Shown: positions 55,246 through 64,000 of the stretch, piece after piece
How the letters are laid out: each line of letters starts with the position of its first letter
Position numbering within the stretch: position 1 is the first letter of the stretch
Assembly: GCA_041659525.1 (NCBI GenBank)
Contig: JBAZYC010000001.1
Coordinates: 725,554-789,553, forward strand
Source: an archaeon
Lineage (GTDB): Archaea > Iainarchaeota > Iainarchaeia > Iainarchaeales > JAAZKV01
Length of the DNA: 64,000 nt
Direction: 5' to 3'
Notes under the pieces: generated by a model
What the model saw: the letters and a program-made list of their open reading frames with translations, nothing else
Told to the model about the DNA's origin: nothing
Database searches by the model: none
Program-made: the position numbers and the translations under genes

Positions 55246-56145
55246 TTACTTCACAACCTTTGGTACTTTTGATCTTACAAGCATTATCATAGCTAATTGT
55301 ATTGAAAGAGAAAGCACTACGATTAATATTACTGCTTCGGGACCAATTCCTGATCCTCCTACTGAGGAAGCAATTACTAAGAAAGTTATTCCTAATGAAG
55401 GCATTGCTGCTGCAACTATTAAATAAACTAATGTCCAAAGATTTAGTTCTGCAGAGTAAGCTTTGATTGCATCTATTTGTTGAGCTACTAATGCTTCTAC
55501 TTGGGATTCTAATGCATTTACTATTGATCCTCCGCTTCTCATAGTGGTTATTATTTGCCAAATTGTTTTCTTTAGTACTTCTGATTTTGTTCTAAAAGCA
55601 AGTTTTTCAAGTGCTTGTGTTTCGCTCATTCCTGAGTTAACATCTTTAACAACAAAAGTAAATTCAGCTGATACTTGTCCATAATTTGATTTTGAAATCA
55701 TTTTCATTGCTTCAAATAAACTAATTCCTGAACTAAGTTGGATTAGCATTGTTCTAATCGCAAATAATAGTTCTTGGTCAACCATGTTTGCAAGTTGGAA
55801 AGCTGCAATTTTTGGATACATTAAGTGGAATATTAGCATTGAAATAAATGAACCAATACTAGCAACGAGCATTAAGGTAATTGTAAATACTCCTACTTGT
55901 TTTGAAATAATTGCTCCAAAAGCAAGTCCTACAAAGAGAAACATTACTGCATAAAGAAGAGCGGATACTAGTGAAGCTAGGCAGTATCTTTCCACATCAA
56001 TATCCATTTCGGCTTTTTGCAAATCATACTTTAGTGAGAAAACAACTTTTGAAAGAAATCTCCCGAAAAAGAGGTATCTTTCACTAAATTGCTTTGCTTT
56101 CTCTATTGGGAAAAGCATCATTACTGGTGTTTTTTCTTTTTCCAT
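55246..56145 (-). CDS. TadB/FlaJ-like (T2SSF-domain) membrane protein
   Basis: 299 aa. Same architecture as the neighbouring gene; immediately upstream with no gap. Confidence 0.55.
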   Translation of the reverse strand: MEKEKTPVMMLFPIEKAKQFSERYLFFGRFLSKVVFSLKYDLQKAEMDIDVERYCLASLVSALLYAVMFLFVGLAFGAIISKQVGVFTITLMLVASIGSFISMLIFHLMYPKIAAFQLANMVDQELLFAIRTMLIQLSSGISLFEAMKMISKSNYGQVSAEFTFVVKDVNSGMSETQALEKLAFRTKSEVLKKTIWQIITTMRSGGSIVNALESQVEALVAQQIDAIKAYSAELNLWTLVYLIVAAAMPSLGITFLVIASSVGGSGIGPEAVILIVVLSLSIQLAMIMLVRSKVPKVVK

Positions 56146-56247
56146 CTGTTTTCAACTCAAAATTATTTAATTTTTTTTATTTAACTAAATTAACCATGAT
56201 TTTAATCAATTTTTTTGTTATTTTTATTTTTTTAATTCCCATTTTTT

Positions 56248-58836
56248 TTACATTGAAAAATTTTCTTTATTTGCTGCGTTTTGTTGATTTACTGTTTGCA
56301 TTGCACTAGCATCATCTTTTTCTCCTTGCATCATTTTTCTGATTTCTTCAATAGGTGTATTTTTTTTTGCGAGTTTTTTGATTTGTTCAGGGTATGAGTA
56401 AAACATTTTTACAATATACCCAATATCATCTAAATCATTTAGATCTATTCTCTTTAACCATTCAAGAATTTCTTTTCTTTCAGCTATTTCTCTATTAATA
56501 TCATCCTCAGTCATTCCTGTGTGCATGTTTAGTAGGGTGATTAGTTTTGTGGGTTTGTTTAGTTTTTCCCACGAATCAGTTCTTGGGAGCCATTTATAAA
56601 CAGTATTAATTTGTAGTCCCTGTCCGCTACTTGTTTGTTCTATTTCGGATATTTCATAAGTTCTTCTTTTGTTTGTTTTTCTATCACGGTACTGTACTAC
56701 AATTAAATCAATTAGTTCAATTTGCATTAATGGAATATTAATTGGTGGTTCAGCTAGTCTTCTTAGTACTTGGTAACCTGAGTTTGCATGTAGGGTAGAG
56801 TAAATACTGTGTCCTGTTTCAATTGCTTCCATTAGTACTTCTGCCTCTTTTTTTCTTCTAATTTCTCCCACAATTATTCTATCGGGTCTCATTCTTAGTG
56901 AGGTAACCATTAAGTCAAGCATTGTTACTTCACCTAGTCCTTCTGGGTTTGGAGATCTTGTAACCATTGGTATCCAATTCCAATCAAGGTACTTTGGCAG
57001 AATTATTTCTCTTACATCTTCAATTGAAAGTATTCTGTGGTAAGTGGGTACGAGTGCAAGCATTGAGTTTAGTGCACTTGTTTTTCCACTCGCAGTTCCT
57101 CCTGCAATTAATATATTCATTTCGTATTGCATTGCTAGCCAAAGCATTGCGGCCATTTCTGAATTCATGGTGTGTGCTTTTCCGATAAAATCAACAATAG
57201 TCCAAGGTTTTCTTGCAAATCTTCTAATAGTAATTGTGTTTCCTTCTGAAGAAATTGGGAATAGGGTTGCATTAACACGATCTCCTGAAAGCAAGTGTGC
57301 ATCAAGAATCGGACTTAGGTTAGTTATTTCTCTTCCAATTTTTCTTCCGATTTGTGAAGAAAAATTATTTATGTCTTCTTCAGTTCCTGGCATTAAATTT
57401 GTTTTTAACCAACCATGAATTCTATGGTAAACTGTAATAGGGGTTTTTGCTGAATTTATTCCCACTTCTTCCAGCATATCATCTCCCATTATTATCTCAA
57501 TATCTCCAAGTCCATACATTTCATGTAAGAGTACTCCTGAAAGCATGTTGAGTAAATCTTTTGGTGCTTCGGGGAAATATTTTGAAAGATGAGAATTTAA
57601 TTCAAAAAAGAATCTTTCTTTTAGTTTTTTTGATTTTTTTGGGTCAACAATTTCTTCAATTTCTATGGGCATGTTTTCGGCTACTTCGTCTTTAATAAAT
57701 TCTAAAAATCTTTTAGTGTATTTTCCAATGCTGGGCATTTCAAGTGCATAAATGGGTCTTGCTTCTTCAGGATCAAGTACTATTGAAATTTGAGCAGGAA
57801 CATAATCTACTTCTATTTGATAAGTTTCAAGGACTTTTCCAACCGGAATTTTAGTTAATTTTGAAGGAGTAGGATTTTTTAGAATTAAAATTGGTTTTTT
57901 AGTTAAACTTGTAGGGTACTCTATTTCAACTACTCCGTCGCTTTCAAACATCTTTGAAATCTTTTCAACTATTAATGGATCTATTTGCAAGTAATTTGCA
58001 ATTTCACCTGTATCAATTTTTTTATATTTTTCGAGTAGTTCAAATATTTTATCAACAGGGGTTTTTAGTGAATTTATTTTATTTTCGATTCTTTTTTGTT
58101 CTTCTGCATTTCTTTTTTGTTTTGAAAAAGCACTTTCTTCTTCAGCTTCAAAATCTTGGGTGATGGGTTCTTCTATTATTGGTTCATCCATCCAACTATA
58201 GTGCTCTTCTTTTTGGCTCAAAAAAGAATCTTTGTCTTTAGTTTCTTTTGTTGAATTAACTTCAATTGGTTTTTGAATTAATGGTTCTTGTTTTTGATTA
58301 GCTGAAAGCACAACTGGTTTTGCATTAAGCGAGCTTTGCATTGAAATAGCTCCTTCGTTAGAATTTTCTTGTTGAACAATTTTTTCTGGTGTTATTGACT
58401 GCTTACCAAAATCAGTGCTCGATAGAGTTTCTTTCTTTTTATCAGTAGTAATGTTTGAAGATTTTAAATTCAAAAGTTTGTCAAAAGAACTTGAAGCGGA
58501 AGTTGAAGTTTGAGTACTATCTTTTTTAGTAATATTTGAATCCGAATTTTCTTTAGATTTATTTAGTTCTTTAGGCGTACCATAATTTGGTTCTGAATTT
58601 AGTTCTTTTACTGAAGTTACTTGAGTAAATATCTTTTGTTCTTCTTTAAATGCTGCTAGATCTACTTTTGATTGAGTGCTTTTTGAAGTGAACGGTTTTT
58701 TTTCTTCAAAAGGGAATTTTGGGGTCTGTGCCGAAGGCTGTTTTGTATTCTCTTGACCCATAGTTAAGCGTTTTATCTCGTCAAGGTCCTTATTTTTTTC
58801 TTTCCCTGAAAAAGGAAAAATCGACATTTTGTTCAC
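56248..58836 (-). CDS. FlaI/TadA/VirB11-family secretion/pilus-assembly ATPase with long low-complexity N-terminal extension
   Basis: Walker A AGGTASGKTSALNSM in a VirB11/GspE-like core within the C-terminal approx. 450 aa. The N-terminal approx. 400 aa are S/T/K/E/Q-rich and low complexity. Confidence 0.8.
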   Translation of the reverse strand: MNKMSIFPFSGKEKNKDLDEIKRLTMGQENTKQPSAQTPKFPFEEKKPFTSKSTQSKVDLAAFKEEQKIFTQVTSVKELNSEPNYGTPKELNKSKENSDSNITKKDSTQTSTSASSSFDKLLNLKSSNITTDKKKETLSSTDFGKQSITPEKIVQQENSNEGAISMQSSLNAKPVVLSANQKQEPLIQKPIEVNSTKETKDKDSFLSQKEEHYSWMDEPIIEEPITQDFEAEEESAFSKQKRNAEEQKRIENKINSLKTPVDKIFELLEKYKKIDTGEIANYLQIDPLIVEKISKMFESDGVVEIEYPTSLTKKPILILKNPTPSKLTKIPVGKVLETYQIEVDYVPAQISIVLDPEEARPIYALEMPSIGKYTKRFLEFIKDEVAENMPIEIEEIVDPKKSKKLKERFFFELNSHLSKYFPEAPKDLLNMLSGVLLHEMYGLGDIEIIMGDDMLEEVGINSAKTPITVYHRIHGWLKTNLMPGTEEDINNFSSQIGRKIGREITNLSPILDAHLLSGDRVNATLFPISSEGNTITIRRFARKPWTIVDFIGKAHTMNSEMAAMLWLAMQYEMNILIAGGTASGKTSALNSMLALVPTYHRILSIEDVREIILPKYLDWNWIPMVTRSPNPEGLGEVTMLDLMVTSLRMRPDRIIVGEIRRKKEAEVLMEAIETGHSIYSTLHANSGYQVLRRLAEPPINIPLMQIELIDLIVVQYRDRKTNKRRTYEISEIEQTSSGQGLQINTVYKWLPRTDSWEKLNKPTKLITLLNMHTGMTEDDINREIAERKEILEWLKRIDLNDLDDIGYIVKMFYSYPEQIKKLAKKNTPIEEIRKMMQGEKDDASAMQTVNQQNAANKENFSM

Positions 58837-59025
58837 ACTCGGTACAATTATTTCTGCTTCATAATTAGTTCTTTCTTATTTATAAGAGTGTTGAAATGAA
58901 CTCTAAAAGAATGAATTAACTAAAGAACTAACTGATTTTTCACTTTTTTTCAATGGAACTTGAAGTTTTCTTTAAGTTTAATACAATAATTCACGTTTAA
59001 TAATAAGTTAGGTCATTACTCTTGC

Positions 59026-59706
59026 ATGGTTAGTGGCTTTTCAATTACTCCTGAACAGGAAAAAGCGTTTGAAAGTATTCTTTCAAATAAAGATTCTGTT
59101 TTAGCTTCTGTTTCAAAGGAATCTGAAAAGTTTAATGCATTTAATGCTTTGGTTGGTTCGCAAAGAGTGCTTACTGAAATTAAAACAAAAATTTCTACTA
59201 ACTTTTCAGGTCAAGCACTTGTTGTTTGTGATCCTTCTAATTCAAAAGAGGTTCTTCTTGCTTTAACCACGTTTGTAAAGCAATCAAATCAAATTCCTGT
59301 TTTGGTTCTAATGAATCATAATTACAAAACAATTCTCTCTGATTTAAAGAAAGCGGGTGTTGAGGATAGAGTTATTATTATTGATACGGTTTCAAAGAGT
59401 ATTGCTACTGTGGAAGAAACTAGAGAGCTTATTTTTGTTGATTCGTTAAGAAACCTTACCCAGCTTCAAATAAAGATGTTTAATATAATGGAAAAAAATC
59501 ATGGTTGCGCATTTATTTTTGATTCAATAGCAATGCTTGAACTTTACCATGAAGAAGAAATAGTTTTCAAATTCATTTACTCTTTAACAAAGATTCTCCA
59601 CAAAAATAATGTTAATGGATTTTATATCTCAACAACTTCAGAGTCTTCTGGAAAGTTAGGGCAATTCTTCGAAGAAACTATTTTGCTCAAAAAGTTCTTG
59701 GATTAG
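59026..59706 (+). CDS. Degenerate KaiC-like/DUF835-like protein
   Basis: 226 aa. Paralogous pattern to 44800..45384 (…VIIIDTVSKSIA…FIFDSIAMLELY…). Confidence 0.35.
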   Translation: MVSGFSITPEQEKAFESILSNKDSVLASVSKESEKFNAFNALVGSQRVLTEIKTKISTNFSGQALVVCDPSNSKEVLLALTTFVKQSNQIPVLVLMNHNYKTILSDLKKAGVEDRVIIIDTVSKSIATVEETRELIFVDSLRNLTQLQIKMFNIMEKNHGCAFIFDSIAMLELYHEEEIVFKFIYSLTKILHKNNVNGFYISTTSESSGKLGQFFEETILLKKFLD

Positions 59707-59775
59707 AAATCAACTAGGACTTTTTCTTTCAAAAAAGCTGTGTGCAATAATTAAATACTCCTTTTTCTCTTATAG

Positions 59776-60495
59776 TTGTGCATGTATTTCCCTAAACAAG
59801 TTGTTTACTCTTTTTTTGTAGTGCTCTTTTCTTTGGTATTTTTTGGGATGTTATTTTTAGTTTTCTTTTCACAAGCTCTTGATGTGGTTGATCCTTCCGT
59901 TTCAATTATTGGCTCAGATATAGTTCTGAAAATGACTATTAAAAATATTTCAACGCACGCTGTAGACGGGGTTAAAGTTGAAGTAATTAATGGTGAAGAA
60001 GCAAAATCATTTTATCTAAAAGGGGTAAATGATGGGGAATTTTCTTCTCTTGCGCCTGGGGAAAAATATGATTTTGTAGCAGCAATTCCTATTTCGGAAA
60101 GTTTGGCTTATTCTGTAAGCATTTCAGCTCCTTTCAATAGGGCAATCCCTCTTAACTTTACTCTTGAGCAAACTACAATTGACCCTGTTAAAGCTGAAGT
60201 TTCTTTGCCTTCAAAACTTTACTTAAACGAAGCTTACACTTATTCAGTAAAACTATGTAATGTTTCAGGGAGTGATTTATCTGAAGTTATTTGGTTAGAA
60301 AATGCTCCTGCTGGTTTGTTTAAAGAAAATTTCTTTGAAAGAAGTATTTCGCTTAAAGCAGCACAATGTACTACGATTTTTTCAACACTTACTCCAATAA
60401 AGTTAAATGACTCAAGTATTGGATTTATTCTAAAGATTGGTACTATTGAGAAAAAGAGTTCTAAAGCCCTTCAAATAGTGGAGCGGTCTGCTTAA
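59776..60495 (+). CDS. Membrane-anchored extracytoplasmic protein
   Basis: An N-terminal TM, then a beta-rich domain; no family recognised. Confidence 0.35.
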   Translation: MCMYFPKQVVYSFFVVLFSLVFFGMLFLVFFSQALDVVDPSVSIIGSDIVLKMTIKNISTHAVDGVKVEVINGEEAKSFYLKGVNDGEFSSLAPGEKYDFVAAIPISESLAYSVSISAPFNRAIPLNFTLEQTTIDPVKAEVSLPSKLYLNEAYTYSVKLCNVSGSDLSEVIWLENAPAGLFKENFFERSISLKAAQCTTIFSTLTPIKLNDSSIGFILKIGTIEKKSSKALQIVERSA

Positions 60496-60586
60496 TTGAG
60501 TTGGTGAGATTTAAATACTCGGGAGCATTTATACTCTAATGAGTACAGGTACTCTAGAGCGTTTAGTATTGTATAAATTAAGTTAG

Positions 60587-61243
60587 TTGATAATAATGAC
60601 TAAAGCAGATTCAATTATTGAAATAATTCAAAAGATGGTTCAAGAGGGCCAATCTAGTGACAAGATTGTTGCTACTCTTCACGATCTTGGGGTTAGCGAT
60701 GACCAGGCAAAAAGACTTTTACTAATTGCAGAAGCAGACACTTTTACTTTACTAAAAAAAGAAATTAATAATCTTGTAAGAGAAGAGGTTTATTCTCAAA
60801 AAAAAGATTTTGAGGATATGATTAAACAAGATTTGAAGCAAATCGAGGCGGAAGAAAAATTAAAAACTAGTGAAATTGCTCATGAAGAATTAAAAGAAGT
60901 AAAAAATGATGTTCTTGAACAATCAAGAGGGTTTGAAGGAAGGGTAAACAAAGTTATTAATGATTCTCAAAAAACTGTTTCACTTGTAAGAGTAGCACTT
61001 GATTCATTAAACAATAGACTTTCACAAATAGAACTTGATGTTGAACAAATGAAGGTTCATAAATTTAGAAAAAAATCAATGTTTTTCTCTTACACTATGC
61101 TTAGTTTGGGGGCAATGATTTTGTTAATTGCCTTATTTTTATTGTTCATGAATTTTGCAAAATTAGATGTCTCTCAAATAGTAATAATCTCTATTCTAAT
61201 TCTTGCAAGTGTAACTTTAATGTTTGCTTCAATAATTGGATAA
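60587..61243 (+). CDS. Coiled-coil protein with C-terminal TM anchors
   Basis: 218 aa. A central heptad-like region and two C-terminal hydrophobic helices. Confidence 0.35.
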   Translation: MIIMTKADSIIEIIQKMVQEGQSSDKIVATLHDLGVSDDQAKRLLLIAEADTFTLLKKEINNLVREEVYSQKKDFEDMIKQDLKQIEAEEKLKTSEIAHEELKEVKNDVLEQSRGFEGRVNKVINDSQKTVSLVRVALDSLNNRLSQIELDVEQMKVHKFRKKSMFFSYTMLSLGAMILLIALFLLFMNFAKLDVSQIVIISILILASVTLMFASIIG

Positions 61244-61466
61244 AATTTAGTAAGTTCTTTGTCTTTTTGCACTTCAAGTTAGTGCCAAATTCTAGCTAAA
61301 TATACTTAAAAACAGCTTAATTTTCAAAATAAAGCATTTTTCACTTTTATTGAAGAAAGGCACTATTTTTTTAATCTTTTTATAAAATCGTCATTTTTTT
61401 GATATTCAATGCCTTTTTAAGTGTTTTCTTGAGGGTTTTACTTATTCACAAATTAGATTTACAAAC

Positions 61467-62348
61467 TTGGTTAATTGGGGGGTTTTGAGCATGGCTGGAA
61501 TGGACAAATTGAAAGCAAAAGAAGAGGAAGAGGACGAGACTAGTGAAGAAGAAACCCTAGAAACTGAAAAAACTATTACTGCGCTTGATAATAACGAATC
61601 TGTTGAGGGCGATTCTAATCCAAGTCACTCTGTTAATGATGATGGGGAAGAAAATGATGAGGAAGAAACTTCTGCTGAGGTAAGCGAAGATAATGACAAA
61701 ATGCCTTTCCCAAGAGCTACTATTACTAAACTTGTGAGAAGAAATATTTCTAAAGGTAAACAAATTAAAGGAACAGTTAAGGATGAAATGAATTTTTGGG
61801 TTGCTCAAATGGTTGAGCGAATAGCAAAGAAAATGAATTCCCAACCCTATACTTTTGTTAATTACGATATGCTAAAAGATGCAGTTGCTCCTTATGAGGA
61901 TATTCAAGGAATAAACAAACAAAGAGAGGTTCTTGTAGCCAAAATTAATGCAATTAAAACTGAATGTGACACTGTAATTAATGAAATTGATACTGAAATT
62001 AAATCTAAATCAGTTTCACTTAAATTAGAACAAGAAGAAATGCCTTTCCCTAAAGCAACTATTACTAATAAACTTAGAAAGTTCCTTGGGGACGGTAAAA
62101 CAATTAAGGGTCCTGTAAAAAGAGGACTAAATGTTTGGATTGGTAGTGTAGTTGAGAGAGTTTCAAAGAAAATGGATTCCTATCCTTACCCTTACATTGA
62201 TCGCTCAATGTTCAAAGAAGCAGTTGAACCCTACGAAGCGGTAGGCGAAATAGAACTTGAGAAAGAAAGAATAATTCAGCAAATGGAATCAATGAAAACC
62301 ATGTGCGATTTATTAGTAATGGAAATTGACAGAAAGTTTAAAGTTTAA
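61467..62348 (+). CDS. Acidic protein with two internal repeats of about 100 aa (possible histone-fold-like halves)
   Basis: Repeats MPFPRATITKLVRRNISKGKQIKGTVKDEMNFWVAQMVERIAKKM…PYE and MPFPKATITNKLRKFLGDGKTIKGPVKRGLNVWIGSVVERVSKKM…PYE. The N-terminal stretch is D/E-rich. Confidence 0.4.
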   Translation: MVNWGVLSMAGMDKLKAKEEEEDETSEEETLETEKTITALDNNESVEGDSNPSHSVNDDGEENDEEETSAEVSEDNDKMPFPRATITKLVRRNISKGKQIKGTVKDEMNFWVAQMVERIAKKMNSQPYTFVNYDMLKDAVAPYEDIQGINKQREVLVAKINAIKTECDTVINEIDTEIKSKSVSLKLEQEEMPFPKATITNKLRKFLGDGKTIKGPVKRGLNVWIGSVVERVSKKMDSYPYPYIDRSMFKEAVEPYEAVGEIELEKERIIQQMESMKTMCDLLVMEIDRKFKV

Positions 62349-62475
62349 AATTTTAATTTAAAATAAAATTTTTCTTTAAACTTTATTCTTTTTTTTATTT
62401 TTTTAAAAATCTAGTTTTTTTTTAGTTTTTTTTCTATTTTTTTTTCTTTAAACTTTTTTAATTTGTATTTTAAAA

Positions 62476-63054
62476 TTAGAGTGTTAAATTTAATTTTTCT
62501 CTGACTTTTTTTGCCATTGTTGCATTTGGATTAAAGAAAAGCATTGCGTCGCACTGACCAATATTTTTTGTGTGATTTTCTTTTAATGAAGCTTTTTCAA
62601 AATCAATTATAACTGGGGAGTAAATCGCTTCATGAGTATTTGGTTCATTAGTTTTTTTTACTAAAATATTTTTTCCTATTTGCAATTGGTTGTGACTTAG
62701 ATTTACTTTATTGAGTGCATAAAGTTGTTTGTATAATTCTTTAATAAAATTGTACAACTGAGTTGCATTAACTTCTTCATTAAAAGAATTACTCAAAATC
62801 CAATCAAATAATTTTTGTCCTTTAACATATTCCATTACCACAAAATTTTCTTTGTAATTTATTTCTTTTATTTTTGGTCCCACTCCTACTGAGTTTGCGA
62901 GCAGCAACATTTTTCCTTCTCTTTCTGCTAAGTTTTTTCGATTAGATTTTTCTCTAACTTCTTTTAACACAAATTCTTTTCCTTTATTGTCTTTTACTAT
63001 CCAAATGTAAGAACTCCAACCCTTAGCAATTTGATTGATTTTTGTGTATTTCAT
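62476..63054 (-). CDS. Bud32/PRPK-like small protein kinase (KEOPS subunit-like)
   Basis: 192 aa. Pattern GWSSYIWIV…KEFVLKEV… / …FVVMEYVKGQKLFD… / …IIDFEKASL resembles RIO/Bud32 minimal kinases. Confidence 0.5.
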   Translation of the reverse strand: MKYTKINQIAKGWSSYIWIVKDNKGKEFVLKEVREKSNRKNLAEREGKMLLLANSVGVGPKIKEINYKENFVVMEYVKGQKLFDWILSNSFNEEVNATQLYNFIKELYKQLYALNKVNLSHNQLQIGKNILVKKTNEPNTHEAIYSPVIIDFEKASLKENHTKNIGQCDAMLFFNPNATMAKKVREKLNLTL

Positions 63055-63134
63055 AGCTATTTTCTATAGGGAATTAACTTTAAATACAACCCAAGCATAT
63101 TTTGGTAATGATTGCAAATAAAGCTTACTCTAAT

Positions 63135-64000
63135 ATGGTTAGTGCGCAGGCCCCCTGTAGAGGGCAGGTACCCCTAAGGGCGCAGGGTACTATTGAGTAT
63201 TTGGTTATTCTTGCGATTATTGTTGTTATTTCTCTTGTTGTTGTTGGTTTAGTTACAGGGGTAGTGGGTTCGCCTTCTACTCAAATTAATTCTTCAACTG
63301 ACAAGATTGGAAATTTGACTAGTGGTGGAATTACTGTTGTGGAATCTGTTAGTGATTCTAGTGGAGATTCTTTAGTTAAATTGCAAAACAATAGTGGAGA
63401 AACACTGACTCTTGAAAAAGTTATGGTTGGTGAAAATGAAACTACTTTTAATGAACAATTAGTAACTGGGGACAACAAAACTTTTTCTTTGAGTGATTTG
63501 GATTTGAGTTGCCCTTGTACAGATGGTCAGGATAAAGTTTCTTGTAATTTTACATTTTACTTAACTACATCTACTGGACTGCAAAAAAAACAAGTTGTTA
63601 CTGTTAAAACTCAGTGCCAGCCAACAGTGGAAGCAACAAACCCTGCTGAAATAATTGGTTTAGGATCAGGAACTCTTTTGGATCCGTGGATAATAAATTC
63701 TTGTAGTGAATTACAAAATATTAGTCAACATTTAGATGGGAACTATTCACTTGGCGCTGATATAAATTGTTTAGAAACAAGAACTTGGAATGATTTAAAT
63801 GGATTTATTCCAATTGGTGCTAATAGTCCTTTTACAGGAACATTAAATGGGGCAAACAAAACTATTTCAGGATTATATATTAATATTCCGACAACAGACA
63901 AAAATATTGGATTATTTGGATCTACTTCTTCTGCAGCAATAATACAAAATATTGGTTTAATTGATCAAAATGTAATTGGAGTTCAAAGAGTGGGTGGGTT
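63135..64000 (+). CDS. Large pilin-signal surface protein, 5' part (runs off the window)
   Basis: MVSAQAPCRGQVPLRAQGTIEYLVILAIIVVISLVVVGL shares the GQGTIEYLVI signature with the pilin at 53610..54074. The frame stays open to position 64000. GC-rich codons encode the leader. Confidence 0.5.
   Translation, partial: MVSAQAPCRGQVPLRAQGTIEYLVILAIIVVISLVVVGLVTGVVGSPSTQINSSTDKIGNLTSGGITVVESVSDSSGDSLVKLQNNSGETLTLEKVMVGENETTFNEQLVTGDNKTFSLSDLDLSCPCTDGQDKVSCNFTFYLTTSTGLQKKQVVTVKTQCQPTVEATNPAEIIGLGSGTLLDPWIINSCSELQNISQHLDGNYSLGADINCLETRTWNDLNGFIPIGANSPFTGTLNGANKTISGLYINIPTTDKNIGLFGSTSSAAIIQNIGLIDQNVIGVQRVGG

Overview
This is an AT-rich (about 30% GC by eye), gene-dense segment that looks archaeal. The archaeal markers are GatD/GatE, an archaeal-type ProRS, deoxyhypusine synthase, the tRNA-splicing endonuclease EndA, a C/D-box sRNA, a Bud32-like kinase, tRNAs without an encoded CCA, and many proteins with class III (prepilin-type) signal peptides. 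The small genes, the absence of biosynthetic operons and the many surface proteins suggest a reduced, DPANN-like lifestyle, though that is inference. Reading from the 5' end: a gatA 3' end and an intact gatB are separated by a GNAT gene, a diverged gatB 5' pseudo-fragment, a GC-richer structured spacer, and a LAGLIDADG homing endonuclease. Housekeeping genes follow (DJ-1, two histidine phosphatases, deoxyhypusine synthase, tRNA-Ile, tRNA-Gln, an MFS transporter, a DUF362 Fe-S protein, Nudix, gatE, hom, gatD, an ATP-dependent DNA ligase, tRNA-Pro, a SIMPL protein). The most unusual part is a four-gene co-directional cluster at 25410-38069. Its first gene (2388 aa) begins with one PPDK/PEP-synthase-type ATP-grasp nucleotide-binding domain, and the four genes together carry eight copies of the PEP-utilizing-enzyme 'swivel' phosphohistidine domain (GG[LI]T[SC]HAAIV[SA]RE...DGDL[VI]EVDA). 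Each swivel domain is preceded by a helical module of about 300-450 aa of unknown function. I do not recall any described system with this architecture. After ProRS, EndA and a textbook-looking C/D-box sRNA comes an archaeal type IV pilus-like locus. It holds a KaiC-like ATPase, DUF835-like paralogs, a 1446-aa pilin-signal protein with three LamG-like repeats, about six further pilin-like genes, TadB/TadC-like membrane proteins and an 862-aa FlaI/TadA-like ATPase. The locus also contains some odd GC-rich tandem repeats and stop-codon/hairpin tandem repeats. No CRISPR array, integrase or transposase was seen.
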